Assembly: GCA_016188775.1 (NCBI GenBank) | Contig: JACPHC010000010.1 | Span: 31,333 to 95,332 of the forward strand | DNA from: Parcubacteria group bacterium | Lineage (GTDB): Bacteria > Patescibacteriota > Minisyncoccia > JACPHC01 | DNA: 64,000 nt | Reading direction: 5' to 3' | In this document: positions 39,770 to 49,717 of the stretch, in pieces | Layout of the letters: each line of letters opens with the position of its first letter | Position numbering within the stretch: position 1 is the first letter of the stretch | Notes under the pieces: model-generated | The model's database searches: none | Seen by the model: the letters and a program-made list of their open reading frames with translations, nothing else | What the model was told of the DNA's origin: nothing | Made by a program: the position numbers and the translations under genes

Positions 39770-40594
39770 ATGAAGATTTACAATCCCACAACCAATGCCA
39801 GAAGGAATATGACCGGAGTGGATTACGGTGTTTTAAGCAAGGTTCGGCCGACAAAATCTCTTGTCAGGCCTCTTAAAAAAACCGGCGGACGAAATTCACA
39901 AGGCCGGATTACTTCCCGTCATCGCGGCGGAGGAAATAAAAGACTTTATCGAATGATTGATTTTGGCGAAAATAAAAGAGACGTCAAAGCAAAAGTTTTA
40001 ACGCTTGAATACGATCCGAACCGAACGGCTTTTATAGCCTTGATTCAATACGCGGACAATGAAAAAAGATATATTTTGGCCCCGTTTGACCTGAAAGTCG
40101 GAGATGAAATTATTTTCAGTGAAAGCGCGCCTTTAAAAATCGGCAACCGCCTTCCTTTAACAAAAATTCCGGTTGGTACTTTTGTTTATAATGTTGAATT
40201 GGTGGCTGGGAATGGCGGACAATTAGGACGTTCGGCCGGTTCTTCTTTGCAAGTAATGGCTCAAGAAGGCGGCTGGACTCATTTGCTTTTGCCCTCTTCG
40301 GAAATTCGCCGCGTCTCCGGCGATTCTTGGGCGAGCCTTGGAACCTTGTCAAACCCGGAATGGAATATTATAAATTGGGGAAAGGCCGGAAAATCCAGAT
40401 GGAAAGGAATTCGGCCTCATGTTCGAGGCAGCGTGATGAACCCGAGAGATCATCCGCACGGCGGCGGCGAAGGCAAAACAACCATCGGTCTCAAAGGGCC
40501 GAAGACTCCGTGGGGAAAGCCGGCTCGGGGAGTGAAAACCAGAAAAAGAAAAAAATCGTCAAATAAATTTATAATGAGAAGAAGAATCAAATAA
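39770..40594 (+). CDS. rplB: 50S ribosomal protein L2
   Basis: [25 protein letters not shown]. Confidence 0.98.
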   Translation: MKIYNPTTNARRNMTGVDYGVLSKVRPTKSLVRPLKKTGGRNSQGRITSRHRGGGNKRLYRMIDFGENKRDVKAKVLTLEYDPNRTAFIALIQYADNEKRYILAPFDLKVGDEIIFSESAPLKIGNRLPLTKIPVGTFVYNVELVAGNGGQLGRSAGSSLQVMAQEGGWTHLLLPSSEIRRVSGDSWASLGTLSNPEWNIINWGKAGKSRWKGIRPHVRGSVMNPRDHPHGGGEGKTTIGLKGPKTPWGKPARGVKTRKRKKSSNKFIMRRRIK

Positions 40595-40595
40595 C

Positions 40596-40922
40596 ATGGC
40601 CAGAAGCGTTAAAAAAGGTCCGTGGGTGGATCCAAAATTATTAAAAAAGATAGGCCGACTCAAATTCGGCGATAAAACTTTGATTAAAACCTGGTCGCGA
40701 AATTCAATGATTAGCCCGGAAATGATCGGTTTTAACATCGGAGTTCATAACGGTAAGAATTTTATCGAGGTTGTGATTACCGAAGAAATGGTCGGCCATA
40801 AGCTTGGCGAATTTTCTCCAACCAGAAAATTCACCAGACACGGCGGTAAGATGCAGAGAGAAATAGAGGCCAAAGCCAAAGCGGCTGAATCGGTCAAAGC
40901 GGAGACGCCCGAGAAAAAATAA
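40596..40922 (+). CDS. rpsS: 30S ribosomal protein S19
   Basis: [18 protein letters not shown]. Confidence 0.97.
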   Translation: MARSVKKGPWVDPKLLKKIGRLKFGDKTLIKTWSRNSMISPEMIGFNIGVHNGKNFIEVVITEEMVGHKLGEFSPTRKFTRHGGKMQREIEAKAKAAESVKAETPEKK

Positions 40923-40934
40923 TTTTAAATCAAA

Positions 40935-41441
40935 ATGAATGAAGTCAAAGCCCAATTAAATTCTTTAAGAATGAGCCCAAGAAAGGTTCGTTTGGTTGTT
41001 GATCTTCTTCGGGGGCTCGACGCCGGTCAAGCGAAATCGGTTTTACGATTTGTCGTCAAGAAAACCGCCAAACCTCTGCTCAAGCTTTTAAATTCAGCGA
41101 CCGCCAACGCCGAACACAATTTCGGACTGAATAAAAATAATCTTTATGTTTCGGAAATTAAAGTTGACGCCGGCCGGACCTTGAAGCGATTTAGACCCAG
41201 AGCTTTCGGCCGGGCTTCGGCTATCGGCAAAAGAACTTCAAAAATATCTCTGGTTTTAAAAGAAAAATTGGGACCGTCTTTAGGAACGGTTTCCAAGGTT
41301 CAGGCGGTTAAGGAATCTTCGGATAAAAAATCGGAAAAAATAGAGAAACGGCCTAAATACGCGAGACCGGAAACGCAAGAGAAGCAAAAAATAAATCAGC
41401 CTATTTTAAAGAAGAAAATTTTTCAAAGAAAAACCATTTAA
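40935..41441 (+). CDS. rplV: 50S ribosomal protein L22 with C-terminal extension
   Basis: SPRKVRLV, SATANAEHN, RPRAFGRA. Confidence 0.96.
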   Translation: MNEVKAQLNSLRMSPRKVRLVVDLLRGLDAGQAKSVLRFVVKKTAKPLLKLLNSATANAEHNFGLNKNNLYVSEIKVDAGRTLKRFRPRAFGRASAIGKRTSKISLVLKEKLGPSLGTVSKVQAVKESSDKKSEKIEKRPKYARPETQEKQKINQPILKKKIFQRKTI

Positions 41442-41445
41442 TATT

Positions 41446-42096
41446 ATGGGACAAAAAACACATCCAATTGGTTTTAGAACCGGCTACGTTTTTCCCTGGC
41501 AATCCCGCTGGTTTTCAAAAAAGGATTTTAATAAAATCCTGCAAGAGGATTTTAAAATTCGAAGTTTTATCAATGAACGTTTTTCTCGGGCCGGCCTCAA
41601 GGCTGTTGAGATTGAACGAACTTCAAGTACTCTTTTGATAACGATTCATACTTCCAAGCCCGGTGTTTTGATTGGCCGAGGCGGAGAGGGAATAGAGAAA
41701 ATCAGAGGAGAATTAAAAAAACTTTTTAATAGAAAAGGAAATCGCGTTAAAGAAAAAGATTTTCGTCTCAACGTCGAAGAAGTCAGAGCGCCGGAAACGC
41801 AAGCCCTGATAGTGGCTTCTAACGTAGCGCAGGATCTTGAAAAGCGTTTGCCTTTTCGGAGAGTGATGCGGAAAACGGTAGATTCGGTCTCCGGCCAAAA
41901 AGACGTCAAAGGAGTGAAGATCCTTTTGTCCGGCCGGCTAAATGGCGCGGAAATCGCCCGATCCGAATGGCTTAAAAAGGGCGAGCTTCCTTTGAGCACG
42001 TTAAGAGCCAATATTGATTACGCCGGTCAAACGGCCTTCACGACTTACGGAACCATTGGCATAAAAGTTTGGATTTATAAAGGAGAAATATTTTAA
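41446..42096 (+). CDS. rpsC: 30S ribosomal protein S3
   Basis: MGQKTHPIGFR, SGRLNGAEIAR, GIKVWIY. Confidence 0.97.
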   Translation: MGQKTHPIGFRTGYVFPWQSRWFSKKDFNKILQEDFKIRSFINERFSRAGLKAVEIERTSSTLLITIHTSKPGVLIGRGGEGIEKIRGELKKLFNRKGNRVKEKDFRLNVEEVRAPETQALIVASNVAQDLEKRLPFRRVMRKTVDSVSGQKDVKGVKILLSGRLNGAEIARSEWLKKGELPLSTLRANIDYAGQTAFTTYGTIGIKVWIYKGEIF

Positions 42097-42257
42097 AGGC
42101 TTGACCTAAAAATTCGAGCCGAAGACGAAGAATTTTTAGCTGTCAAACTTTACCCAGCACATAAATTTATGAAAATATCTTTAAACAAAAATCAATCACT
42201 GGAACCAATAAATTTTATTTTATTAAACGGTCGTCGGGTTGAATTTATGCGCCGGGT
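42094..42257 (+). repeat. Two-hairpin composite element family F, copy 2 (rpsC-rplP spacer)
   Basis: TAAAGGCTTGAC...GTCAAACTTTA then CCCAGCACATAAATT...AATTTATGCGCCGGG. Confidence 0.8.
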
Positions 42258-42278
42258 GCTTAATTAGAACACATTAGC

Positions 42279-42686
42279 ATGTTATCGCCAAAAAAAGTAA
42301 AACATAGAAAATGGCATAAGGGTCGTTCCCGCGCCAAAGTCGCCGCCAGGGGCGCTAAATTAAGTTTTGGCAGTTTTGGAATTAAAGCTGAAGGAGAGCA
42401 GTGGATTAATGCCAGACAAATTGAAGCGGCGCGCCGAGCTATTATCCATTTTATTGAAAAACGCGGCAAAATTTGGGTCAGAATTTTCCCGGACAAACCA
42501 GTGACGACTAAAGGCAATGAAGTGCCGATGGGTCACGGAAAAGGCGCGGTTGATCGTTACGTGGCGCCGGTTAAGCCGGGGCAAGTTATTTTTGAAATCG
42601 ACGGCGTCACTAAAGAAATAGCTCAAAAGGCCATGTATCGAGCGGCGGCGAAATTGCCGGTTAAAACAAGATTTATTTCAAGATAA
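42279..42686 (+). CDS. rplP: 50S ribosomal protein L16
   Basis: RQIEAARR, RIFPDKP, MG.GKG. Confidence 0.97.
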   Translation: MLSPKKVKHRKWHKGRSRAKVAARGAKLSFGSFGIKAEGEQWINARQIEAARRAIIHFIEKRGKIWVRIFPDKPVTTKGNEVPMGHGKGAVDRYVAPVKPGQVIFEIDGVTKEIAQKAMYRAAAKLPVKTRFISR

Positions 42687-42705
42687 AATTATGATAAATA
42701 TGATA

Positions 42706-42796
42706 AATAAGTATCCTAAAAATTTTTGAGGTCGAGGCACTTTAATGAAATTATATAATCTGCCGAGGGTACCTAAAAATTTTTAGGATACTTATT
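42706..42796 (+). repeat. Palindromic element family C, copy 3
   Basis: AATAAGTATCCTAAAAATTTTT...core...AAAAATTTTTAGGATACTTATT. Confidence 0.92.
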
Positions 42797-42803
42797 AAAC
42801 ATT

Positions 42804-42986
42804 ATGAAAATAAAAAAATTAAAAAATAAATCTTTTGAGGAATTAAAAAAAACGCTTGCCGCCGCAAGAGCTAAATTGAAATCTTTGCGATTTGAAAGAG
42901 CTCTGGGCGGAAAGATAAAAGACAATCAAGAGATGAAGAAAACTAAAAAAGAAATTGCCAGAGTTTTAACTTTAATAAATTTATGA
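42804..42986 (+). CDS. rpmC: 50S ribosomal protein L29
   Basis: LRF...KKEIARVLT; canonical position. Confidence 0.9.
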   Translation: MKIKKLKNKSFEELKKTLAAARAKLKSLRFERALGGKIKDNQEMKKTKKEIARVLTLINL

Positions 42987-43216
42987 GTAAAAGAATTTTA
43001 AAAGGCCAAATAGTTTCGGAAAAAATGGATAAGACGCGGGTTGTTTTAGTGGAAAGATTAAAAGAGCATCCGAAGTATAAAAAGCGCTATAAAATTAGCC
43101 GCCGTTATAAAGCGCATGATGAAAAAAACGAATATCATATCGGCGATCAAGTTTATATTGAGGAAACAAAGCCGATGTCTCGGGATAAAAGATGGATTGT
43201 TGTGAAAAAAATTTGA
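42983..43216 (+). CDS. rpsQ: 30S ribosomal protein S17
   Basis: [25 protein letters not shown]. Confidence 0.96.
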   Translation: MSKRILKGQIVSEKMDKTRVVLVERLKEHPKYKKRYKISRRYKAHDEKNEYHIGDQVYIEETKPMSRDKRWIVVKKI

Positions 43217-43227
43217 ACTAATTTTTT

Positions 43228-43593
43228 ATGATTCAAACTCGCACAATGTTAAAAGTGGCTGATAACACGGGAGCGAAAATCGCTCAGTGCATTCGAGTTT
43301 TCGGAGGCTCCAAAAGAAAATACGGCCAGCTGGGCGATATTATTAAAGTGGTGATCAAAAAAGCCGAGCCGAGAAAAATAGTTAAAGCCAAAGAAAAACA
43401 CAGAGCCGTTATCGTTCGCCAACGTAAAACTTATCGCCGAGCCGATGGTTCTTACATCCGTTTCGATGATAACGCCATTGTTTTGTTGGACGGCCAAGAG
43501 CCGAAAGGCAGTCGAGTTTTCGGCCCGATTCCGAGAGAAATAAGGGAAAAAGGTTTTATAAAAATCGTTTCTTTAGCGGAAGAAATAGTGTAA
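43228..43593 (+). CDS. rplN: 50S ribosomal protein L14
   Basis: VADNTGAK, RFDDNA, RVFGP. Confidence 0.97.
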   Translation: MIQTRTMLKVADNTGAKIAQCIRVFGGSKRKYGQLGDIIKVVIKKAEPRKIVKAKEKHRAVIVRQRKTYRRADGSYIRFDDNAIVLLDGQEPKGSRVFGPIPREIREKGFIKIVSLAEEIV

Positions 43594-43594
43594 C

Positions 43595-43900
43595 ATGAAA
43601 ATAAAAAAAGGAGACAATGTGTTAATTATCGCGGGAAAAGATAAGGGTAAAAAAGCCCCGGTGATTAAGGTTTTTCCAAAAAATAAATCTATTTTAGTTG
43701 AAGGAGTAAATTTGGTAAAAAAGCACCGGAAACCGAAAAAATCCGGCGAAAAAGGCGAAATTATAATTTTGCCCCGGCCTTTTTCCGTTTCCCGCGTTAT
43801 GTTGGTCTGTCCAAGATGTTCGAAGCCCGCCCGCGTTGGAATTAAAATCGAAGGAAATAAAAAAAACCGTTTTTGTAAAAAATGTCAAACGTCAATTTAA
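43595..43900 (+). CDS. rplX: 50S ribosomal protein L24
   Basis: IKKGD.V.IIAGKDKGK KOW motif. Confidence 0.96.
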   Translation: MKIKKGDNVLIIAGKDKGKKAPVIKVFPKNKSILVEGVNLVKKHRKPKKSGEKGEIIILPRPFSVSRVMLVCPRCSKPARVGIKIEGNKKNRFCKKCQTSI

Positions 43901-44442
43901 ATTTAAAAGATAAATACGAGAAGAAAGTGATCGCGGAAATGATGGAAAAATTCGGATATAAAAGCCGTCTTAATGTTCCGCGTCTGGAAAAAGTCGCGAT
44001 TAACGTCGGCATTGGCAGACTGGCTCAAGCCAAAGACGAGAAAAAAATAGAACGAATCAAAAACAGTTTCGCCTTGATCGCGGGCCAAAAACCGGCCTTA
44101 GCTCGGGCTCGAAAAGCGATTGCCGGCTTCAAAACAAGACAAGGAATGGTCATCGGTTTTTTCGCTATTTTAAGAGGAAATCGAATGTATGATTTTTTAG
44201 ACAGACTTATTTATATCGCTTTGCCGCGGACTCGAGATTTTCGCGGCTTGGAAGAAAAATCCATTGATCAGGGAGGAAATTTGACTATTGGCGTAAAAGA
44301 GCATATTGTTTTTCCGGAAATACAAGCCGAGTCTCAAGAAACTATGTTCGGTTTTCAAATTACCGTTGTCTCCAACGCTAAAAAAAGAGAAGAAGCGGTC
44401 GAATTATTTAGATTACTCGGTTTCCCCATTAAAAATGGCTAA
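43882..44442 (+). CDS. rplE: 50S ribosomal protein L5
   Basis: [23 protein letters not shown]. Confidence 0.96.
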   Translation: MSNVNLNLKDKYEKKVIAEMMEKFGYKSRLNVPRLEKVAINVGIGRLAQAKDEKKIERIKNSFALIAGQKPALARARKAIAGFKTRQGMVIGFFAILRGNRMYDFLDRLIYIALPRTRDFRGLEEKSIDQGGNLTIGVKEHIVFPEIQAESQETMFGFQITVVSNAKKREEAVELFRLLGFPIKNG

Positions 44443-44620
44443 AGAATCACAAATTGCCAGAGCCCTGAAAACCCCCAAGTTTTCCACTCGGGTTATTCGG
44501 CGCTGTTTTATTTGCGGACGACGGAGGGGCTATATCAGAAAATTCGGCCTTTGCCGGATAGACTTCCGTTCCCTGGCTTTAAAAGGGGAAATTCCGGGCA
44601 TTAAAAAATCTTCGTGGTAA
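44435..44620 (+). CDS. rpsN: 30S ribosomal protein S14, short Zn-type (61 aa)
   Basis: MAK...[19 protein letters not shown]...[11 protein letters not shown]; ATG at 44435. Confidence 0.94.
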   Translation: MAKESQIARALKTPKFSTRVIRRCFICGRRRGYIRKFGLCRIDFRSLALKGEIPGIKKSSW

Positions 44621-44730
44621 TCCCGTTAGAAATTAAAAAGGCAAAATCAATGTTTTATAGCATAAAAAAGTCAAATAATAATTATAATAATCTTGTTAGA
44701 AATTTTCTAACGGGACTATTCCTAACGAGA
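44621..44730 (+). repeat. CCCGTTAGAAA...TTTCTAACGGG element family G, copy 1 (doubled arms)
   Basis: Arms at 44621-44632 and 44704-44715, plus degenerate arms at 44691-44702 and 44719-44730 ending on the rpsH ATG. Confidence 0.82.
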
Positions 44731-45119
44731 TGAACGATCCTATTTCAGATATGTTAGCGCGAATAAAAAACGCTCAAGCGGTTCAAAAAGAAACCGTGAC
44801 GGTTCCGTTTTCCGAAATTAAATGGCGGATCGCTGAAATTCTTAAAGCCAACCATTATATAGATGACATTGAAAAAAAAGGCAAGACCGTTAAACGTTTT
44901 ATCGCCATAACTTTGAAATATATTGACGGAAAACCGGCCATTGTCAGTTTAAGGCGAGTTTCCAAGCCGGGACAAAGATTGTATATTCAGTCAAAAGACT
45001 TGAGGCCGTTTAAGAGCGGATTTGGGTTAAGAATTATTTCCACCTCAAAAGGACTGATGACTAATCTGGAAGCAAAAAATTTGAAATTAGGCGGAGAATT
45101 AATTTGTGAAGTTTGGTAA
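44730..45119 (+). CDS. rpsH: 30S ribosomal protein S8
   Basis: DPISDMLARIKNA, SKPG.R.Y, STSKG, GGELIC. Confidence 0.97.
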   Translation: MNDPISDMLARIKNAQAVQKETVTVPFSEIKWRIAEILKANHYIDDIEKKGKTVKRFIAITLKYIDGKPAIVSLRRVSKPGQRLYIQSKDLRPFKSGFGLRIISTSKGLMTNLEAKNLKLGGELICEVW

Positions 45120-45120
45120 T

Positions 45121-45663
45121 ATGAGTCGAATCGGTAAAAAATCTATTTTAATTCCGACGGGCGTTAATGTCGCGATTGTTGACGATGTAGTTAAAGTTGA
45201 AGGCCCGAAAGGAAAATTGGAACGACATTTGAGTCCGGGGATTAAAGCTGAAGTTAAGGATAACGGTATTTTTGTTTTTCCAACCGGCAAAAACGGAATG
45301 TCCCGTCTTTGGGGTCTTGAACGCAGTCTTTTAGCCAATATAGTAGCGGGAGTTTCTCAAGGATTTGAAAAAATATTGGAATTTGAAGGCATTGGATTTA
45401 AAGCGGAAATTCAGGGCGATGATTTAGTTTTAAGTTTGGGCTTTAGTCATCCGATACGAATTAAAACTCCGGCCGGAATTGCTCTTAAAGTTGCTAAAAA
45501 CATGATTTATATTTCAGGCATTAACAAAGAATTGGTTGGCGAGACGGCGGCGAAAATTCGCGCTCTTAAAAAACCCGAACCCTACAAAGGCAAAGGCATC
45601 AGATATCAAGGAGAGATTATTAGAAGAAAAGCCGGCAAAAAAGCCGTTGCTTCGGCCGGTTAA
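45121..45663 (+). CDS. rplF: 50S ribosomal protein L6
   Basis: MSRIGK, LGFSHP, PEPYKGKGIRY. Confidence 0.97.
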   Translation: MSRIGKKSILIPTGVNVAIVDDVVKVEGPKGKLERHLSPGIKAEVKDNGIFVFPTGKNGMSRLWGLERSLLANIVAGVSQGFEKILEFEGIGFKAEIQGDDLVLSLGFSHPIRIKTPAGIALKVAKNMIYISGINKELVGETAAKIRALKKPEPYKGKGIRYQGEIIRRKAGKKAVASAG

Positions 45664-45672
45664 TAAAATGAT

Positions 45673-46026
45673 ATGTCTAATCTTCGTGTAAAAAATCAAA
45701 GCCATAGAATAAGAAGACATAAAAAAGTCCGGGCTGTCATTTCGGGCAGCGCCGAGATACCTCGTCTTTATGTTTTTCGTTCCTCTAAACATATTTACGC
45801 CGCCATTGTGGATGATAAAACGAGCAGAACCTTGACCCAAGTTTCAGATTTAGACATTAAAAAAGGTTTAAAGAGCGAAAAGGCCGGTTTGATTGGAAAA
45901 AAAATAGCCGAGGCGGCTAAGAAAATAAAAATTAAGAAAGTGGTTTTTGATCGCGGCGGCTATAAATATCACGGACGGATCAAGCAATTGGCCGAGGCGG
46001 CCAGACTGGGAGGATTAGAATTTTAA
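45673..46026 (+). CDS. rplR: 50S ribosomal protein L18
   Basis: [19 protein letters not shown]. Confidence 0.97.
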   Translation: MSNLRVKNQSHRIRRHKKVRAVISGSAEIPRLYVFRSSKHIYAAIVDDKTSRTLTQVSDLDIKKGLKSEKAGLIGKKIAEAAKKIKIKKVVFDRGGYKYHGRIKQLAEAARLGGLEF

Positions 46027-46036
46027 GACCTTTTAT

Positions 46037-46552
46037 ATGGATACTAATAAAGAAAAAGAAATAAAAAAAGAAACAAAATTTTCCGGCGGAAAAAGGCTTG
46101 AAAAAGACGCTTTTGATTCCAAGGTCCTGGATTTAAGAAGAGTGGCGCGGGTGGTGGCTGGCGGACGGCGTTTTAGTTTTCGGGCGACGGTCGTGGCCGG
46201 CAATCGCAAAGGCGAGGTCGGAGTGGGTATAGCCAAAGGCTTGGATGTCCAGCAATCGGTTAATAAAGCGACTCGAATGGCTAAAAAAGATTTAATTCGG
46301 GTTTCGTTCAGAAACGGCACTATCGTTCACGAGGTGGACGGAAAATTTGGGTCGGCTTTCGTTCGGCTCAAGCCGGCCGCCAAGGGACGCGGGATTATCG
46401 CCGGTGGGGCGGTTAGGACCGTTTTATCCTTGGCCGGCCTGTCCGACGTCACTTCCAAAATTATTTCCACTTCTTCCAATAAATTAAATATCGCCCGCGC
46501 GACTTTGGAAGCGTTAAAGCATTTAAAAAATAAAAATAGACCTACTGCTTAA
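46037..46552 (+). CDS. rpsE: 30S ribosomal protein S5
   Basis: RVARVVAGGRRFSF, G.GIIAGG. Confidence 0.97.
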   Translation: MDTNKEKEIKKETKFSGGKRLEKDAFDSKVLDLRRVARVVAGGRRFSFRATVVAGNRKGEVGVGIAKGLDVQQSVNKATRMAKKDLIRVSFRNGTIVHEVDGKFGSAFVRLKPAAKGRGIIAGGAVRTVLSLAGLSDVTSKIISTSSNKLNIARATLEALKHLKNKNRPTA

Positions 46553-46699
46553 TAACCTTTTCTACTCCAATGATAATTTTTCGGCTACAAACAACTCACC
46601 GCTCGTCAATGAATACGTTGCGTTCACTTCCTCGCGTTTCGTTGTTTTCGCTCGAAAAATTATCATTTCGCTACGAAAAATTATTAAGCAGTGGGTCTA
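46537..46699. repeat. 163-bp palindromic element with TAGA...TCTA ends between rpsE and rplO
   Basis: IR TAGACCTACTGCTTAATAA / TTATTAAGCAGTGGGTCTA and inner IR AATGATAATTTTTCG / CGAAAAATTATCATT; supplies the rpsE stop. Confidence 0.88.
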
Positions 46700-46710
46700 A
46701 ATAAAAACAT

Positions 46711-47112
46711 ATGCAGCTCCATCAAATTCAGCCAATTCATAAAGGCAAAAAATCAAGGAGAATCGGCCGAGGGGGAAAGCGGGGCAGTTATTCCGGCCGG
46801 GGCATTAAGGGTCAAAGATCCAGAGCGGGCGCTCGGATCAGGCCGGCTATCCGCGATTTAATTTTACGGCTGCCGAAATTAAGAGGCGCCCGTTTTAAAT
46901 CTCTCAAAGAAAAATCCGTCGCTTTAAATATCAAAAAAATCGGAAGATATTTTTCCGATGGAGATAAAATTAATCTCGAGGCGTTAGAGAAGGCCGGACT
47001 AATAAATCGTTTTGGCGGGAAATTGCCGGAGGTGAAGATTATTGGCCAAAATTTTTCCGGTAAAAAATTTGAATTTGAAGGGATAAAATTATCTAAGAGT
47101 ATTAATAAATGA
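46711..47112 (+). CDS. rplO: 50S ribosomal protein L15
   Basis: RIGRGGKRG.YSGRG.KGQ.SRAG, RLPKLRG. Confidence 0.93.
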   Translation: MQLHQIQPIHKGKKSRRIGRGGKRGSYSGRGIKGQRSRAGARIRPAIRDLILRLPKLRGARFKSLKEKSVALNIKKIGRYFSDGDKINLEALEKAGLINRFGGKLPEVKIIGQNFSGKKFEFEGIKLSKSINK

Positions 47113-48374
47113 AAATTCCGCGCGTTTTACAAGATCCGGATTTAAGAAAAAAGATTTTTTGGGTTTTAGCGATCCTGGCGGTTTTTAGATTGGCGGCTTC
47201 TATTCCGGTTCCCGGAGTCAATCCGGACGCTCTGCGGGCTTTTTTCGCCCAGAATCAATTTTTTAATCTTTTAAATTTATTTTCCGGCGGCGGACTGGAG
47301 AATCTTTCCATTGTTATGCTGGGCGTGGGGCCTTATATCACCGCCTCGATTATTATGCAGCTTTTTACGATTATTTTTCCTAAGCTTAAAGAGATGCATG
47401 AGGAATCGGGCGAGCAGGGCCGGGCTAAATTTAATCAATACACGCGTTATTTGACAGTCCCTTTAGCTTTCCTTCAGGCTTTTGGACTTATAAAATTGCT
47501 TTCCCGACAGGGAGTTTTTGGAGAGACGACAACTTTTTCTTTTATCACTAATCTTGTTGTCGTGGTGGCCGGCACTTTATTTTTAATGTGGCTGGGCGAA
47601 ATTATTTCCGAATATAAAATCGGCAACGGCATTTCTCTTTTGATCTTTGCCGGCATTGTCGCCCGTCTGCCAAGAGAAATTTTGAATCTAGCTTTAAGTT
47701 TCAATGTTTCCCAGTTGCCTTACATTATCGGTTTTGTTTTAATCGGCCTTTTAGTTATCGCGGCGGTGGTATTTGTCACCGAAGGTGAAAGAGATATTCC
47801 GGTTTCTTACGCCAAACGGGTTCGGGGAACGCGGATGTACGGCGGAATTTCCACTCATCTGCCGCTTCGGGTTAATCAGGCCGGAGTGATCCCGATTATT
47901 TTCGCTCTTTCGATTATACTTTTGCCGGGTATGATTGCCACTTTTTTATCAGCGGCTAAATTTGAAACTCTGGCTAAAATCGCCTCCAGTCTCGCCAATC
48001 TTTTCAATCGCCAGAGCTTTTACGGCGGCCTTTATTTTATTCTGGTTGTTGTTTTCACGTATTTTTACACGGCCATCGCTTTTGATCCCAAAAAAATATC
48101 CGAAAACATCCAGAAACAAGGCGGATTTATTCCCGGGATTCGGCCGGGCAGCCACACGGTTGATTATTTGTATAAAATAGTCAATCGGATTACTTTAGTC
48201 GGCGCTATTTTTCTCGGACTAATCGCGATTTTGCCGTTTATCGTTCAGACTTTTACCAAAATTAGCACTATTACCATTGGCGGCACCTCGCTTTTAATCG
48301 TGGTCAGCGTTGTTTTGGAAACAATTAAACAAATTGAAGCGCAAATGGTCATGCGCGAATATGATACCGTTTAA
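47109..48374 (+). CDS. secY: Preprotein translocase subunit SecY
   Basis: LGVGPYITASII, GNGISL, AGVIPIIFA, IPGIRPG, GGTSLLI. Confidence 0.97.
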   Translation: MKIPRVLQDPDLRKKIFWVLAILAVFRLAASIPVPGVNPDALRAFFAQNQFFNLLNLFSGGGLENLSIVMLGVGPYITASIIMQLFTIIFPKLKEMHEESGEQGRAKFNQYTRYLTVPLAFLQAFGLIKLLSRQGVFGETTTFSFITNLVVVVAGTLFLMWLGEIISEYKIGNGISLLIFAGIVARLPREILNLALSFNVSQLPYIIGFVLIGLLVIAAVVFVTEGERDIPVSYAKRVRGTRMYGGISTHLPLRVNQAGVIPIIFALSIILLPGMIATFLSAAKFETLAKIASSLANLFNRQSFYGGLYFILVVVFTYFYTAIAFDPKKISENIQKQGGFIPGIRPGSHTVDYLYKIVNRITLVGAIFLGLIAILPFIVQTFTKISTITIGGTSLLIVVSVVLETIKQIEAQMVMREYDTV

Positions 48375-48969
48375 AAAAGGAATTGTTATAGCTTTTTTGG
48401 GGCGTTCCGGGTCCGGCAAAGGAACGCAAGCGAATCTTTTGGCGAAAAAATTTAATTTGAGAATTATTTCGACGGGCAATCTGGCTCGCGATTTTTCCAA
48501 AGAGAAATCAATGAGCGGAAAATTAATCGCTCAAATCCTGGAAAAAGGCGGATTTTTGCCTCATTGGCTGGCCAGTTTTTTATGGATGAGAGAAATAATC
48601 CAGAGTCAAGAACCTTTTTTGAGAATAGCGTTTGAAGGGTCGCCCAGAAAATCGGGCGAAGCTCGCGATATTGACGAGGTTTTTAATTTTTACGGCTTGA
48701 AAAATAATATTATCGCGTTTTATATTAATATCTCTCGCCAAGAAGCGATTAAAAGATTGCTTGCCAGGGGACGGGAAGATGATACAAAAAAAGCCATTGA
48801 AAATCGGTTGGATGAATTTGAAAAATTTGTCATTCCGGTTATTGAATATTACAAAAAAACTAAAAGACTAATCACCATTAACGGTCAACAGAGCGTGGAA
48901 GATGTTTTTAAAGAAATCGTCAAAAAACTAAAAGTAAAGAATGATTGCTCGATCCGAAAACGAAATTAA
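48361..48969 (+). CDS. adk: Adenylate kinase, short-lid type
   Basis: GRSGSGKGTQA, ISTG, RGREDD; follows secY. Confidence 0.88.
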   Translation: MIPFKKGIVIAFLGRSGSGKGTQANLLAKKFNLRIISTGNLARDFSKEKSMSGKLIAQILEKGGFLPHWLASFLWMREIIQSQEPFLRIAFEGSPRKSGEARDIDEVFNFYGLKNNIIAFYINISRQEAIKRLLARGREDDTKKAIENRLDEFEKFVIPVIEYYKKTKRLITINGQQSVEDVFKEIVKKLKVKNDCSIRKRN

Positions 48970-49702
48970 AAAATTAAGAGAAGCCGGCGGTATTTTAGCC
49001 GTGATTTTAAACGATGTCGCTAAGAAAGTTGTTCCCGGCATCTCGACTTTTGAACTTGATCAATACGCCGAAGAAGCTATTTTAAAATCCGGCAGTCAGC
49101 CGTCTTTTAAGGGTTATCGTCCGTGGGGCGTGGCAACGGCTTATCCGGCCAGTCTTTGCGTTTCCGTAAACGATACGGTTGTTCACGGATTGCCTTCTCA
49201 AAGACGCTTGAAAGAGGGAGAGATTATTAGTCTTGATTTAGGCTTGGAATGGCAAGGGCTTTTCGTGGACGCGGCCTTGACCGTTTCGGTCGGAATTCCC
49301 TTGCCGGAAATAAAGAGATTTTTGGAAATTACAAAACATTCTCTTGACATTGGCGTTGAAAAAGCGAGAGTCGGCAATCATATCGGCGATATCGGAGCCG
49401 CTATTGCCGATTACGCGGAAAAAGCGGGTTATTCAATAATTCGCGAACTGGTCGGACACGGCGTGGGAGAAGCGGTGCACGAGCCGCCGCAAATCCCGAA
49501 TTTTGGCCGGCCCGGCTCCGGCCCTTTGATCTTGGAAGGCATGGTTCTGGCCATTGAACCGATGGTCAGTCTTGGAAAATTTGACGTGATTTTAGCCGAT
49601 GACGGCTGGAGCTGGAAAACTAAAGACGGCAGTTTGGCGGCTCATTTTGAGCATACGATTTTGGTGACTAAAGAAGGGCCGGAGATTCTAACTAAAATCT
49701 AA
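48941..49702 (+). CDS. map: Methionine aminopeptidase type I
   Basis: SVND.VVHG, GHGVG..VHE, LAIEPM, AAHFEHT. Confidence 0.96.
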   Translation: MIARSENEIKKLREAGGILAVILNDVAKKVVPGISTFELDQYAEEAILKSGSQPSFKGYRPWGVATAYPASLCVSVNDTVVHGLPSQRRLKEGEIISLDLGLEWQGLFVDAALTVSVGIPLPEIKRFLEITKHSLDIGVEKARVGNHIGDIGAAIADYAEKAGYSIIRELVGHGVGEAVHEPPQIPNFGRPGSGPLILEGMVLAIEPMVSLGKFDVILADDGWSWKTKDGSLAAHFEHTILVTKEGPEILTKI

Positions 49703-49717
49703 TTTGTAAAATTTTAC

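Noticed and set aside
46553-46710. Absence of rpmD as a novel loss
   Set aside because: Loss of L30 is an established CPR feature.
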